DNA of 31,548 bases from Candidatus Dormibacterales bacterium (GTDB taxonomy: Bacteria; Chloroflexota; Dormibacteria; Dormibacterales; Dormibacteraceae), in NCBI GenBank assembly GCA_038253595.1, contig JBBSHA010000001.1, positions 1-31,548 on the forward strand, read 5' to 3'. The notes under the pieces were generated by a model, which was not told the origin of the DNA, made no database searches, and saw only the letters and a list, made by a program, of their open reading frames with translations. The first letter of the stretch is position 1. Each line of letters starts with the position of its first letter. Of this stretch, positions 6,973-16,024 are shown piece after piece. A program made the position numbers and the translations under genes.

Positions 6973-8341
6973 GCAGGGCGGCGGCGATCTCGACCACCTC
7001 CTCGGAGCTGACCCCCATCCCCTGCAGGTGGTCGTGGTAGCGGCGCTGGAAGTCGGCGAAGTCAGCCGTCTCGGCGCGCTCCTCGCGGAGCCGCTTCACC
7101 TCCTCCATGACGCGGCCCACCAGCGCCGGCTCGGGATCCATGCCCGCCCCCCGCAACGCGTGCTCGATGGCCAGCGTGCCCGAGTGCTTGCCGTACACGT
7201 AGCGCACCTCGCCCCCCAGGTCGGCGGGCGGGATGAACTGGTAGATGGCGGGGTGGATGAGCATTCCCGCGGTGTGAATGCCCGACTCGTGGCTGAACAC
7301 GTTGAGGCCGATCCCCGGCTCGGTGGGCGAGACCGGGATCCCGCTGACCCGCTCCATGTGCTGGGCGAGCCGGCGCAGCCGCTCGTAGCGGAAGCCGGGC
7401 AGCTCGATGCCGAACAGATAGCGGAGCTGGAGCAGGACCTGGTGCATCGGGGCGTTGCCGGTGCGCTCGCCGATCCCGTTGACGCTGGTGGTGAAGACGT
7501 CGGCACCCGAACCCAGCGCGACCACCGTGTTCCAGGCCCCCAGGCCGAGGTCGTTGTGGAAGTGGACAACCAGCGGGGCGCCCGGGCTGGCCGCCCGCAA
7601 CGCTCCCACGTACTCGCGGACCGCGAACGGCGAGTAGCAGCCGACGGTGTCCGGGGTCGAGGGCCGGCTGCCCCCCGCCTCGAGACCGACAGCGTGGATC
7701 CGCTTGATGTACTCGACGTCGGCGCGGGAGCCGTCCTCGCCCCCGAACTCGATCACGGCCGCGCCCTGCTCGCGAGCGTAGCGGATGGCGGCGGCCAGCA
7801 TCCTGAGGTTGGCCTCCCGGTAGAACTCCAGCGGCAGCTCCAGCCACTCGCCGGCCGGCACGCCCTCCCGGGCCAGCAGCGTCCGGCCCAGCTTGTACTT
7901 GAGGTGGAGGTCGGAGGCCGAGGTGAATATGAAGTAGCTGACCTCGTCGCGGCGACGGCCGAGCCCGTCCATGACGCGCATCGTGGCGTCGATGTCGGCC
8001 GGATTGCTGCGCATCATGCAGAGCACCTCCAGGTCCTCTCGCAGCTCGCCCCGGCGGCGCCCCTCCAGAACCAGCCGCAGGGTCTCCCGCTCGCTCTCCG
8101 ACACCGCCGGGAAGCCGACGTCCATGATGTGGACTCCGATCTCGCTCAGCTCGCGGGCCAGCTCGTACTTGACCGCCGGCGAGAACGCCACGCCCGGCAT
8201 CTGCTCGCCGTCGCGGAGCGTGTCGTCGTAGACCCGGATCGCGCCCGGCTCGGGGAACCGGAGGTCGTGACCGAACCGGGTCGGGTCGCGGATCAGCTCG
8301 GCCAGCGGCTCCTGGAGCTGCACCGGCTCAACCCCGTCCAC
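6950..8341 (-). CDS. LeuA/homocitrate/citramalate-synthase-family (DRE-TIM) 2-oxoacid:acyl-CoA condensing enzyme without the regulatory domain
   Basis: DDTLRDGEQ, PDTVG, HFHNDLG, GIGERTGNA, HESGIH, GKHSG. Ends soon after subdomain II. Substrate cannot be assigned from sequence. Confidence 0.85.
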   Translation of the reverse strand: MDGVEPVQLQEPLAELIRDPTRFGHDLRFPEPGAIRVYDDTLRDGEQMPGVAFSPAVKYELARELSEIGVHIMDVGFPAVSESERETLRLVLEGRRRGELREDLEVLCMMRSNPADIDATMRVMDGLGRRRDEVSYFIFTSASDLHLKYKLGRTLLAREGVPAGEWLELPLEFYREANLRMLAAAIRYAREQGAAVIEFGGEDGSRADVEYIKRIHAVGLEAGGSRPSTPDTVGCYSPFAVREYVGALRAASPGAPLVVHFHNDLGLGAWNTVVALGSGADVFTTSVNGIGERTGNAPMHQVLLQLRYLFGIELPGFRYERLRRLAQHMERVSGIPVSPTEPGIGLNVFSHESGIHTAGMLIHPAIYQFIPPADLGGEVRYVYGKHSGTLAIEHALRGAGMDPEPALVGRVMEEVKRLREERAETADFADFQRRYHDHLQGMGVSSEEVVEIAAALRGQIAGH

Positions 8342-8346
8342 GCGGC

Positions 8347-8886
8347 TCAGCGCGCCCCCGATGGCTCTTGGCTAGCGTCCTCTTGGAGCCGGCGGCGGAC
8401 CCAGGGCACCAGGCCCCCCATCCGCATCAGCTCGTTCATGAAGGGTGGGTAGGCCTCGCACTCGTACTGGTCGCCCCGGGTCAGGTTGCGGATCACGCCC
8501 GCGTCCGGGTCCACCTCCAGCTGGTCGCCCGGCTCGATGGCCGCGGCCGCCGGCGGCGACTGCAGCACGGGGTAGGCCAGGTTGATGGCGTTGCGAAAGA
8601 AGATCCGGGCGTAGGAGTTGGCGATGACGCAGGCCACGCCGGCCCCCCGGATCGCGATCGGGGCGATCTCACGCGACGAGCCGCAGCCGAAGTTGGCGCC
8701 GGTGACCACGATGTCACCGGCTTGGATATGCTGCGACCAGCCCTCCTCGTTGCCGGGCACCCCCTCGAACACGTGCTCGCCCAGCTTCTTCTCGTCCAGC
8801 GAGTAGATGGCGTACTTGGCGGGGATGATCTGGTCGGTGTCGACGTTGTCCCCGAAGCGCCAGGCGGCCCCTCGGAGCACGCTCAT
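8347..8886 (-). CDS. leuD: Isopropylmalate/homoaconitate-type isomerase small subunit
   Basis: FGDNVDTDQIIPAKY, GANFGCGSSREIA, SYARIFFRNAIN. Confidence 0.9.
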   Translation of the reverse strand: MSVLRGAAWRFGDNVDTDQIIPAKYAIYSLDEKKLGEHVFEGVPGNEEGWSQHIQAGDIVVTGANFGCGSSREIAPIAIRGAGVACVIANSYARIFFRNAINLAYPVLQSPPAAAAIEPGDQLEVDPDAGVIRNLTRGDQYECEAYPPFMNELMRMGGLVPWVRRRLQEDASQEPSGAR

Positions 8887-10169
8887 ACGGCCACCGGCGC
8901 ACGGTCAAGGAGTTCCCGGGGGTGGATGATCTGGCCGGCCACCGCGCTGGCGGCGGCCACCACCGGGTTGCTCAGGTAGACCTGGGCCTTGGGGTCGCCC
9001 ATCCGGCCCGGGAAGTTGCGGTTGGAGGTGCTGAGGCAGACCTCGCCCGCCCCGACCACACCCATGTGGCCGCCCAGGCAGGCGCCGCACGTGGAGGCCG
9101 TCCACGCCGCCCCGGCGTCCATGAAGATCCCGATCAGGCCCTCGCGCTCGCACTGGCGGGCGACCTCGGCGGAGGAGGGCGTGATGATCAGGCGCAGCCC
9201 GGGGGCCACGTGGCGACCCTGCAGCACCTGGGCCGCCTTGCGCAGGTCGGAGATCCTGGAGTTGGTGCAGGAGCCGATGAACACCTGGTCGAGCCGGGTG
9301 CCGGCGACCTGGTCGATGCTGGCCATGTTGTCGGGCGAGTTGGGGCAGGCGAGCGTGATCCCCACCTTCTCGGCGTCGAAATCGAAGGTCTTCTCGTAGA
9401 CCGCGTCGGGATCGGAGGCGACGGGCGTGTACGCGCGCTGGGCGCGGCCGCGCAGGTACTCCTCGGTGATCTGGTCGCAGGCCATGATTCCGTTCTTGGC
9501 GCCGGCCTCGATGGCCATGTTGGTCATCGTCAGGCGGCCCTCCATGTCGATCGCCTCGAGGGCGGCGCCGGAGTGCTCCATGGCCTTGGAGCGGGCCCCG
9601 TCGACGCCGATGGTGCCGATCACGTGGAGGATCAGGTCCTTGGCCTCGACCCACTCCGGGAGTTGGTTGTGATAGACGAAATGGAGTGACTCCGGGACCC
9701 TGAACCACAGCTCGCCCAGCGCCAGCACGCAGGCCAGGTCGGTGGAGCCGATGCCGGTTGCGAAGTTGTTGAGCGCGCCGTAGGTGCAGGAGTGGGAATC
9801 GGCCCCCACCACCAGCTCGCCGGGCAGGACCAGCCCGCGTTCGGGCAGCACCGTGTGGCAGATGCCACCCTGGCCGACCTCGAAGTACCACCTGATGCCC
9901 ATGTCCCGAGCGAACTCGCGGGTGAGCCGGCCCAGGGTGGCGCTGGCGGCGTCCTTGGCGGGCTGGAAGTGGTCCTGGACCACCGCCACCCGCTCCGCGT
10001 CCCACACCTGCTGGGCGCCCATCTGCTCGCGCATGATCCGGCCGGCGGGCGGGATGGTCAGGTCGTGACCCATCGCGAAGTCGACCCGGGCCATAAGCAG
10101 GTCGCCGGGGCGGACGCTCTCCCGGCCGGCGGCGCGGGCCAGAATCTTCTCCGACATCGTCATGCCCAT
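8883..10169 (-). CDS. leuC: Isopropylmalate/homoaconitate-type isomerase large subunit (short Hac/LeuC2 type)
   Basis: EKILAR, QDH, GADSHSCTYG, GSCTN, CGACLG (the three Fe-S cysteines), STSNRNFPGRMG. Confidence 0.92.
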   Translation of the reverse strand: MGMTMSEKILARAAGRESVRPGDLLMARVDFAMGHDLTIPPAGRIMREQMGAQQVWDAERVAVVQDHFQPAKDAASATLGRLTREFARDMGIRWYFEVGQGGICHTVLPERGLVLPGELVVGADSHSCTYGALNNFATGIGSTDLACVLALGELWFRVPESLHFVYHNQLPEWVEAKDLILHVIGTIGVDGARSKAMEHSGAALEAIDMEGRLTMTNMAIEAGAKNGIMACDQITEEYLRGRAQRAYTPVASDPDAVYEKTFDFDAEKVGITLACPNSPDNMASIDQVAGTRLDQVFIGSCTNSRISDLRKAAQVLQGRHVAPGLRLIITPSSAEVARQCEREGLIGIFMDAGAAWTASTCGACLGGHMGVVGAGEVCLSTSNRNFPGRMGDPKAQVYLSNPVVAAASAVAGQIIHPRELLDRAPVAV

Positions 10170-10181
10170 GGCGTCCTAAGA

Positions 10182-10233
10182 CCTCCTCACGACGGCGTCC
10201 GCATTGACTCTAGAGCCTCCTCACGACGGCGTC
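10182..10233. repeat. 18-bp perfect direct repeat CCTCCTCACGACGGCGTC with 34-bp period, duplicating the leuB 3' end
   Basis: Copies at 10182-10199 and 10216-10233. Confidence 0.9.
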
Positions 10234-11235
10234 ACCGGCCGCGCCAGTGTGGAGCGAGCCGCCGAGGTCGCGGGTGCAGTCGCCGGCCGCGATCGCCTCC
10301 ACGACAGCGGCTTCGATCCTCCGCGCCGTCTCCTCGTCACCGAGGTGCTCGACCATCATAGCCGCGCTGAGGATCGCCCCGAAGGGGTTGGCGATGCCCT
10401 GCCCGGCGATGTTGGGCGCGCTCCCGTGGACCGGTTCGAAAAGCCCCCGCCCGGACTCCGGGTTGACGTTGCCGGAGGGGGCCACGCCCATCCCGCCGAT
10501 CAGCGCCGCGGCCAGATCGCTGAGGATGTCGCCGAACAGGTTGCCGGTCACCAGCACCTCGAACTGGGTCGGATCGCGGACCAGTTCCATGGCCGCCGCG
10601 TCCACGTAGAGGTGGCGGGTCTCGATGGCCGGGTGGGACTCCCGGATCTCCGCCCAGCGGTCCTGCCAGAGACCGCCCGCGTGACTCATGGCGTTCGACT
10701 TGTCGACCATGCATAGCTTCCGCTGCGCCCGCTGGAAGCCGTACTCGATGATCCGGCTGACCCCGTGATGGGTGTTCAGGTCCTCCTGGATCGCCACCTC
10801 GTGCCCGGTCCCCTTGCGAAAGCGGCCCCCGGCGCCCACGTAGGCGCCCTCGGTGTTCTCGCGGATGATGAGCATCTCGATCGGGCGCCGGGCGGGGTCG
10901 CGGAGCGGGCTCAGGCGGTCGTGGTAGAGCCGGGCCGGGCGCAGGTTGGCGTAGAGGTCGAGCTCGAAGCGCAGGCGCAGCAGCACCTGGGCCGGGTAGC
11001 CGACGTCGGGGATCCGAGGGTCGCCGATCGCCCCGAAGAGGATGGCGTCGGCGCCCGAGACGGCCTGGAAGGTGGCCTCCGACATCGCCGGCTCACCGCG
11101 CAGAATGGGCCCGGCCCCCACCTCGAAGTCCTCGAACTCGTAGCCGAGGCCGGCCGCCTCCAGCACCCTCACCGCCTCGGGCACGACCTCCCGGCCGGCC
11201 AGGTCGCCGGCCATCACGGCGATGTGCTTGCTCAC
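10210..11235 (-). CDS. leuB: Beta-decarboxylating dehydrogenase, 3-isopropylmalate dehydrogenase type
   Basis: [47 protein letters not shown]. Confidence 0.88.
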   Translation of the reverse strand: MSKHIAVMAGDLAGREVVPEAVRVLEAAGLGYEFEDFEVGAGPILRGEPAMSEATFQAVSGADAILFGAIGDPRIPDVGYPAQVLLRLRFELDLYANLRPARLYHDRLSPLRDPARRPIEMLIIRENTEGAYVGAGGRFRKGTGHEVAIQEDLNTHHGVSRIIEYGFQRAQRKLCMVDKSNAMSHAGGLWQDRWAEIRESHPAIETRHLYVDAAAMELVRDPTQFEVLVTGNLFGDILSDLAAALIGGMGVAPSGNVNPESGRGLFEPVHGSAPNIAGQGIANPFGAILSAAMMVEHLGDEETARRIEAAVVEAIAAGDCTRDLGGSLHTGAAGDAVVRRL

Positions 11236-11241
11236 CTCGGG

Positions 11242-11247
11242 AGCGTA
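11242..11247 (-). promoter_or_regulatory. -10 hexamer TACGCT, leaderless promoter candidate for leuB
   Basis: Exactly 6 nt upstream of the GTG at 11235. Confidence 0.55.
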
Positions 11248-11284
11248 TCCGAAGCGCCGTCCGCTCCTCGGTCGGCTGGGGTCG

Positions 11285-11386
11285 GTGAAGGTCGTAGTCT
11301 TTTCGGACGTGAGCGGGGCCGAAGAAGCCGTGGAGATCTACATCCGCCACCACCCGCAGGTCGGGCTGACCCGCGCCCAACCCTGA
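11285..11386 (+). CDS. Putative 33-aa ORF MKVVVFSDVSGAEEAVEIYIRHHPQVGLTRAQP (alternative start GTG 11309)
   Basis: About 28 of 33 codons end in G/C. It fills an otherwise empty intergenic gap. No strong SD. Confidence 0.3.
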   Translation: MKVVVFSDVSGAEEAVEIYIRHHPQVGLTRAQP

Positions 11387-11433
11387 ACGCGGCGGCGGGG
11401 GCGGGCCTCCAACTACGGCGCCGCCACCCCGGC

Positions 11434-12990
11434 TCAGCGGAGCTTGTAGCGCTGGATCTTGCCGGTCGCGGTCTTGGGCAGGTCGGGCACGAAGTGGAAG
11501 GCGCGGGGACACTTGAAATGGGCCACGGTGGCGCGGACGTGCTCGCGCAGCGCGAGCTCCAGATCGGGGCCCGGCTCGCGGCCGGGCTGGAGCACCACGA
11601 AGGCCTCGGGGCGCACCAGCTGCTCGGAGCCGGTCACGCCGACCACCGCGCACTCCAGCACCGCCTCGTGCTCGTTGATCACCCTTTCCACCTCCGTCGG
11701 GCTGACCCAGATCCCGCTCACCTTGAGCATGTCGTCGGTGCGCCCCTGGTAGCTGAGGTAGCCGCCGGCGTCGCGCCGGTACTTGTCCCCGGTGTTGATC
11801 CACTCGCCCTGGATCGATTGCTTGGTCCGTTCGTGCTGGTTCCAGTAGTGGGAACACGTGGAATCGCCCTTCACCCACAGCGTGCCCACCTCGTCCGCCG
11901 CCACCTCGACCCCCTCCTCGTCCACCACCCGCGCCTCGTAGCCGGGGACGGGCAGGCCGCTGCAGTTGGGGCGCACGTCGCCGAGGCGGTTGGACACGAA
12001 GATGTGGCAGATCTCGGTGGACCCGATGCCGTCCAGGATGTCGCTCCCCGTGCGCGCCCGCCAGCGCTCCAGGATGGCTGCCGAGAGCGGCTCCCCGGCG
12101 CTGACCGAGACCCGGACCGACGAGAAGTCGGCGGCCGCCCAGAGGGCGGGGTCGGCGGCCAGCGTGCCGGCGTAGCTGGTGGGGACGGCGAAGTAGATCG
12201 TGGGCCGCAGCCGGCGCACCAGCTCGATCACGGTGGCGGGCGCGGGGGCCCCGCTCAGCAGCACCGAGGTTGCCCCCACCGAGAACGGGAAGTAGAGACC
12301 GTTGCCCAGTCCGTAGGCGAAGTAGAGCTTGGCCACCGAGTAGGTGACGTCGCGCTCGCCGATGCCCAGGATCGGCTTGGCGTACAGCTCGGTGCACACC
12401 CGCATGTCGTGCTGGAGGTGGATCACGCCCTTGGGAAACCCGGTCGTCCCCGAGCTGTACAGCCAGAACCCCATGTCGTCCCGGCTGGTGTCGGCCGCCT
12501 CCAGCCGCACGGCGGCGGCCGACCCCCGTGCGGCCACGCTCACCTCGCCTGGGCCTGCCGCCCCCACCACCACCAGATGGCGGAGGTGGCGAAGCTCGCC
12601 CCGGATCTCCCGGAAGGCGTCGGCCAGCGGTTCCGAGACGACAGCCACCCGGGCCCGGCTGTCGTTCAGGAAATGGGCGTAGTCGCGGGCCTTGAGGTTG
12701 GTGTTGACGGGGATCGGCACCGCGCCGGCCTTGATCGCCCCGAAGAACGTGGAGGCGAACTCGGGGCCGTCCAGGACCGCCATCAGGACCCGGTTCTCCT
12801 GCTCCACCCCCAGCTCGCGGAGCCCGTTGCCGGCCCGGTTGGCAGCGGCCGCCACCTCCGCGTAGGTCAGCTCGCGGCCGTCCGCGGTGCGGATCGCGAC
12901 CCGGTTCCCGCGGCCCGCCTCGAGGTTGCCGTCCAGGATGTCGACGGCGGCGTTGTATCGCTCGGGGAGGTGCACGGCCGCCCAGCTCAT
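11434..12990 (-). CDS. Benzoate-CoA ligase family acyl-CoA synthetase
   Basis: YSSGTTGFPKG, AKLYFAYGLGN, DGIGSTEICHIFVSN, GDKY, GRTDDMLKVSG, PKTATGKIQR. Confidence 0.9.
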   Translation of the reverse strand: MSWAAVHLPERYNAAVDILDGNLEAGRGNRVAIRTADGRELTYAEVAAAANRAGNGLRELGVEQENRVLMAVLDGPEFASTFFGAIKAGAVPIPVNTNLKARDYAHFLNDSRARVAVVSEPLADAFREIRGELRHLRHLVVVGAAGPGEVSVAARGSAAAVRLEAADTSRDDMGFWLYSSGTTGFPKGVIHLQHDMRVCTELYAKPILGIGERDVTYSVAKLYFAYGLGNGLYFPFSVGATSVLLSGAPAPATVIELVRRLRPTIYFAVPTSYAGTLAADPALWAAADFSSVRVSVSAGEPLSAAILERWRARTGSDILDGIGSTEICHIFVSNRLGDVRPNCSGLPVPGYEARVVDEEGVEVAADEVGTLWVKGDSTCSHYWNQHERTKQSIQGEWINTGDKYRRDAGGYLSYQGRTDDMLKVSGIWVSPTEVERVINEHEAVLECAVVGVTGSEQLVRPEAFVVLQPGREPGPDLELALREHVRATVAHFKCPRAFHFVPDLPKTATGKIQRYKLR

Positions 12991-12996
12991 CGCCGA

Positions 12997-13002
12997 AGTC
13001 TA
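12997..13002 (-). promoter_or_regulatory. -10 hexamer TAGACT, leaderless promoter candidate
   Basis: Exactly 6 nt upstream of the ATG at 12990, no SD. Confidence 0.6.
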
Positions 13003-13019
13003 GATCGCAGCCTGCCGGC

Positions 13020-13388
13020 TCAGCCGGCGAGCAGGGACTCGAAGTCGGTGTCGCGGATCTCGCCGATGAAGGACTGCGGGGCCTCCACCGGCAGCTCCAC
13101 CGAGGTCTCGAAGACGAAGGCGTAGACGTTCTCCAGGGTCCAGGGTCCGAACCCGCGGAGGGCCAGGCGGTGGCGCAGCTCGGGGTTCGCCCGCCCCGCC
13201 TCCAGGAGCGTGGTCGCCTGCCGGTAGAGCGCCCTCAGCACCCCCAGCTGAAGCCTCAGGTCCGAGATCTCCTGGGGGTCCTCCCGGGCCTCCTCGAGCG
13301 CGCTGATCTGGGAGTCGAGGTCGCTGATCTCGATCGCGTAGTCGTCCAGTGCCGGCGCCACCGTCTCCTGCGGGCCGGTGCGGTCCAC
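13020..13388 (-). CDS. Hypothetical acidic protein (122 aa)
   Basis: Normal-complexity ORF 11 nt downstream of the PPase stop, with GC3-biased codons and a heptad-like N-terminal half. Family not recognised. Confidence 0.75.
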   Translation of the reverse strand: MDRTGPQETVAPALDDYAIEISDLDSQISALEEAREDPQEISDLRLQLGVLRALYRQATTLLEAGRANPELRHRLALRGFGPWTLENVYAFVFETSVELPVEAPQSFIGEIRDTDFESLLAG

Positions 13389-13399
13389 CCAGCAGCCTG

Positions 13400-15433
13400 C
13401 TAGTGCAGCAGCGAGTGTGCGGCCACGCTCGAGGCGACCAGGATGGCGATGATGTTGATGACCTTGATCATGGGGTTGATGGCCGGGCCGGCGGTGTCCT
13501 TGTAGGGGTCACCCACGGTGTCACCGGTGACCGAGGCCTTGTGAGCCTCCGACCCCTTGCCGCCCAGGTTGCCCTCCTCGATGAACTTCTTGGCGTTGTC
13601 CCAGGCGGCGCCCCCGGAGGTCATGAAGAGGGCCACGAAGAGGCCGGTGACGATGGCCCCGATCAGCATCCCGCCCAGGGCCTTGGGGCCGAGGATGAAA
13701 CCGACGGCCAGGGGGGCGATCACGGGGATGATGCCGGGCAGGATCATCTCCCGCTGGGCGGCGGCGGTCACGATCGCCACGGCCGGTCCGTACTCGGGCT
13801 TGGCGGTGCCGGCCATGATCCCCGGGATCTCCCGGAACTGGCGGCGCACCTCCTCGACCACCAGGCCGCCGGCCCGGCCCACGGCGAGCATCGCCAGCGA
13901 CCCGAACAGGAAGGGCAGGATGCCGCCCAGGAAGAGGCCGACGATGACTGGTGGATCGGAGAGGTCGAAGCGCTGGGGATGGCCGGCCCGGGCCAGCTCC
14001 TGCGTGTAGGAGGCGAACAGAACCAGCGCGGCCAGCCCCGCCGAGCCGATCGCATAGCCCTTGGTGACCGCCTTGGTGGTGTTGCCGACGGCATCGAGCG
14101 GGTCGGTGATGTTGCGGACCGCCTCCGGCAGGTCGGCCATCTCGGCGATGCCCCCCGCGTTGTCCGTGATCGGCCCGTAGGCATCGATGGCGACCACGAT
14201 GCCGGTCATTGAGAGCAGGGAGACGGCCGCGATCGCGATCCCGTAGAGGCCGCCCAGGTTGTAGCTGAACAGGATGCCGACGCCGATCGTCACCACCGGC
14301 AGCGCGGTGGCCATCATCCCGATCGCCGAGCCGGCGATGATGTTGGTCGCGTGCCCGGTCACCGACTGCTCGGCGATCAGGCGCACGGGCCGGTAGCGCG
14401 TCTCGGTGAAGTACTCGGTGATAGCCACGATCAGGAGTGTGATCACGACACCGACCACCCCGCAGTAGAAGAGGTTGCGGGGATCGTTGACCCCGCCCCC
14501 GGGCTTGAGGAAGCCGCCGTCCACGAATGCGTTGGTGACCACGTAGAAGCCGACCAGGGCGATCAGCCCGGCGGCGATCAGGCCCACGTAGAGGCCACCC
14601 ATGATCCAGCGCGGGAAGTAGACCCGGACCGCCAGGGTGCCGGCCACCGAGCCCACGATGGAGACCGCGCCCAGGATCAGCGGGTACACCACCCAGGCCA
14701 CGTTGCTCTTGAAGAGGAGCGAGCCCAGGAGCATGGCGGCGACCATCGTCACGGCGTAGGTCTCGAAGAGGTCGGCCGCCATGCCCGCGCAGTCGCCGAC
14801 GTTGTCACCCACGTTGTCCGCGATCACGGCCGGGTTGCGGGGATCGTCCTCGGGGATGCCGGCCTCCACCTTGCCGACCAGGTCGGCGCCGACGTCGGCG
14901 GCCTTGGTGAAGATGCCGCCGCCCAGCCGGGCGAACACGGACACCAGCGAGGCTCCGAAGCCGAGGCCCACCAGGGCGTCCAGGTTGCCGGTGGCGTAGT
15001 AGGCGATTGCCACGCCCAGGAGACCGAGGCCGACCACCATGAACCCGGTCACGGCCCCGCCCCGGAAGGCGACCGAGAGCGCCGGGCCCAGGCCGCCCCG
15101 GGCCGCCTCGGCGGTGCGCAGGTTGGCCCGCACGGAAACGTTCATGCCCACGTAGCCGGCCGCGGCGGAGAGGCCGGCGCCGACCAGGTAGAGGATGGCG
15201 GTGGTGGGGTTGAGGAAGATCCCGATCACGATCGCGAAAACCACCCCGATGATGCCGATCACCAGGTACTGCCGGTTCAGGTAGGCCGAGGCCCCCTCCT
15301 GGATGGCGGCCGCGATCTCCCGCATCCGCTCGTTGCCCTGGGGCTTGCGGAGCACCAGGAAGATCAGCAGGACGGCGAAGAGGACGGCGAGCGCGCCCCC
15401 GGCGACCGCATAGAGCACCACGCTCGAATCCAT
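13400..15433 (-). CDS. hppA: Membrane-bound proton-translocating pyrophosphatase, K+-independent type
   Basis: [50 protein letters not shown] (Lys at the K+-determinant position), [17 protein letters not shown] at 15433 follows the SD-like GAGGGTGA. Confidence 0.95.
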   Translation of the reverse strand: MDSSVVLYAVAGGALAVLFAVLLIFLVLRKPQGNERMREIAAAIQEGASAYLNRQYLVIGIIGVVFAIVIGIFLNPTTAILYLVGAGLSAAAGYVGMNVSVRANLRTAEAARGGLGPALSVAFRGGAVTGFMVVGLGLLGVAIAYYATGNLDALVGLGFGASLVSVFARLGGGIFTKAADVGADLVGKVEAGIPEDDPRNPAVIADNVGDNVGDCAGMAADLFETYAVTMVAAMLLGSLLFKSNVAWVVYPLILGAVSIVGSVAGTLAVRVYFPRWIMGGLYVGLIAAGLIALVGFYVVTNAFVDGGFLKPGGGVNDPRNLFYCGVVGVVITLLIVAITEYFTETRYRPVRLIAEQSVTGHATNIIAGSAIGMMATALPVVTIGVGILFSYNLGGLYGIAIAAVSLLSMTGIVVAIDAYGPITDNAGGIAEMADLPEAVRNITDPLDAVGNTTKAVTKGYAIGSAGLAALVLFASYTQELARAGHPQRFDLSDPPVIVGLFLGGILPFLFGSLAMLAVGRAGGLVVEEVRRQFREIPGIMAGTAKPEYGPAVAIVTAAAQREMILPGIIPVIAPLAVGFILGPKALGGMLIGAIVTGLFVALFMTSGGAAWDNAKKFIEEGNLGGKGSEAHKASVTGDTVGDPYKDTAGPAINPMIKVINIIAILVASSVAAHSLLH

Positions 15434-15472
15434 CAACTCACCCTCTTCAAGTTTGCCTGGCCCCGAACAGGC

Positions 15473-16009
15473 CTATGGCGTCGGACTGGGGGCCGGCTTC
15501 ACCGGAGGCGTGGCCAGCGAACGGTCGACCTGGTCGACCTCGACGCTGGAGATCACGTAGACCCGGCTGTCGCCAGACTTCTGGGCGTAATAGCCGGAAC
15601 TGTCGAAGCTCTGGCTGCCGATGGCTAGGGTATATGACGAACCGCCTTTGACGCGACAGGTCACCGTCTCCCTGGGGTGGTCCAACCCGTAGCCGGCCGC
15701 GTCCCCCGGGGCCCTGATCGTGTTCTGGACCTTGAGGGCGTCGAGGGCGTTGACCAGGTAGCCGATCTCGGCGGCGTCTCCGGCCACCCGTTGGGGCTGC
15801 AGCAGCTGCCAGTCGGCGCCCTGGGCCGGCCGTTCGAACTCGAGGGTGCGCTGGGGGCCCTCGATCCGGACCGCCAGCGCCGTCAGTGTTCCGCACGGAA
15901 AGAAAGCGGGCGCCGGGGCGGGCGCGGGGCGGTTGCGGGTCTGGTAGGCGTACCCGCCCAGCGCCGCCAGCACCACCAGGAGGACCAGGACCCCCTTCCA
16001 GCCGACCAG
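15473..16009 (-). CDS. DUF4340-like secreted or membrane-anchored accessory protein of the Gld-like ABC system
   Basis: N-terminal hydrophobic stretch (WKGVLVLLVVLAALGGYAY), YGLDHP, TLAIG, GYYAQK, RVYVI. Start proposed at a CTG (16009) with GGAGG 7 nt upstream; the ORF track's GTG at 15976 cuts the anchor. Confidence 0.75.
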   Translation of the reverse strand: MVGWKGVLVLLVVLAALGGYAYQTRNRPAPAPAPAFFPCGTLTALAVRIEGPQRTLEFERPAQGADWQLLQPQRVAGDAAEIGYLVNALDALKVQNTIRAPGDAAGYGLDHPRETVTCRVKGGSSYTLAIGSQSFDSSGYYAQKSGDSRVYVISSVEVDQVDRSLATPPVKPAPSPTP

Positions 16010-16024
16010 CTGCCGACCTCCCTC

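Noticed and set aside
11236-11433. Leucine attenuator or T-box upstream of leuB
   Set aside because: No Leu-rich leader ORF, T-box motif or U-tailed terminator on the minus strand, and the -10 position implies a leaderless mRNA.
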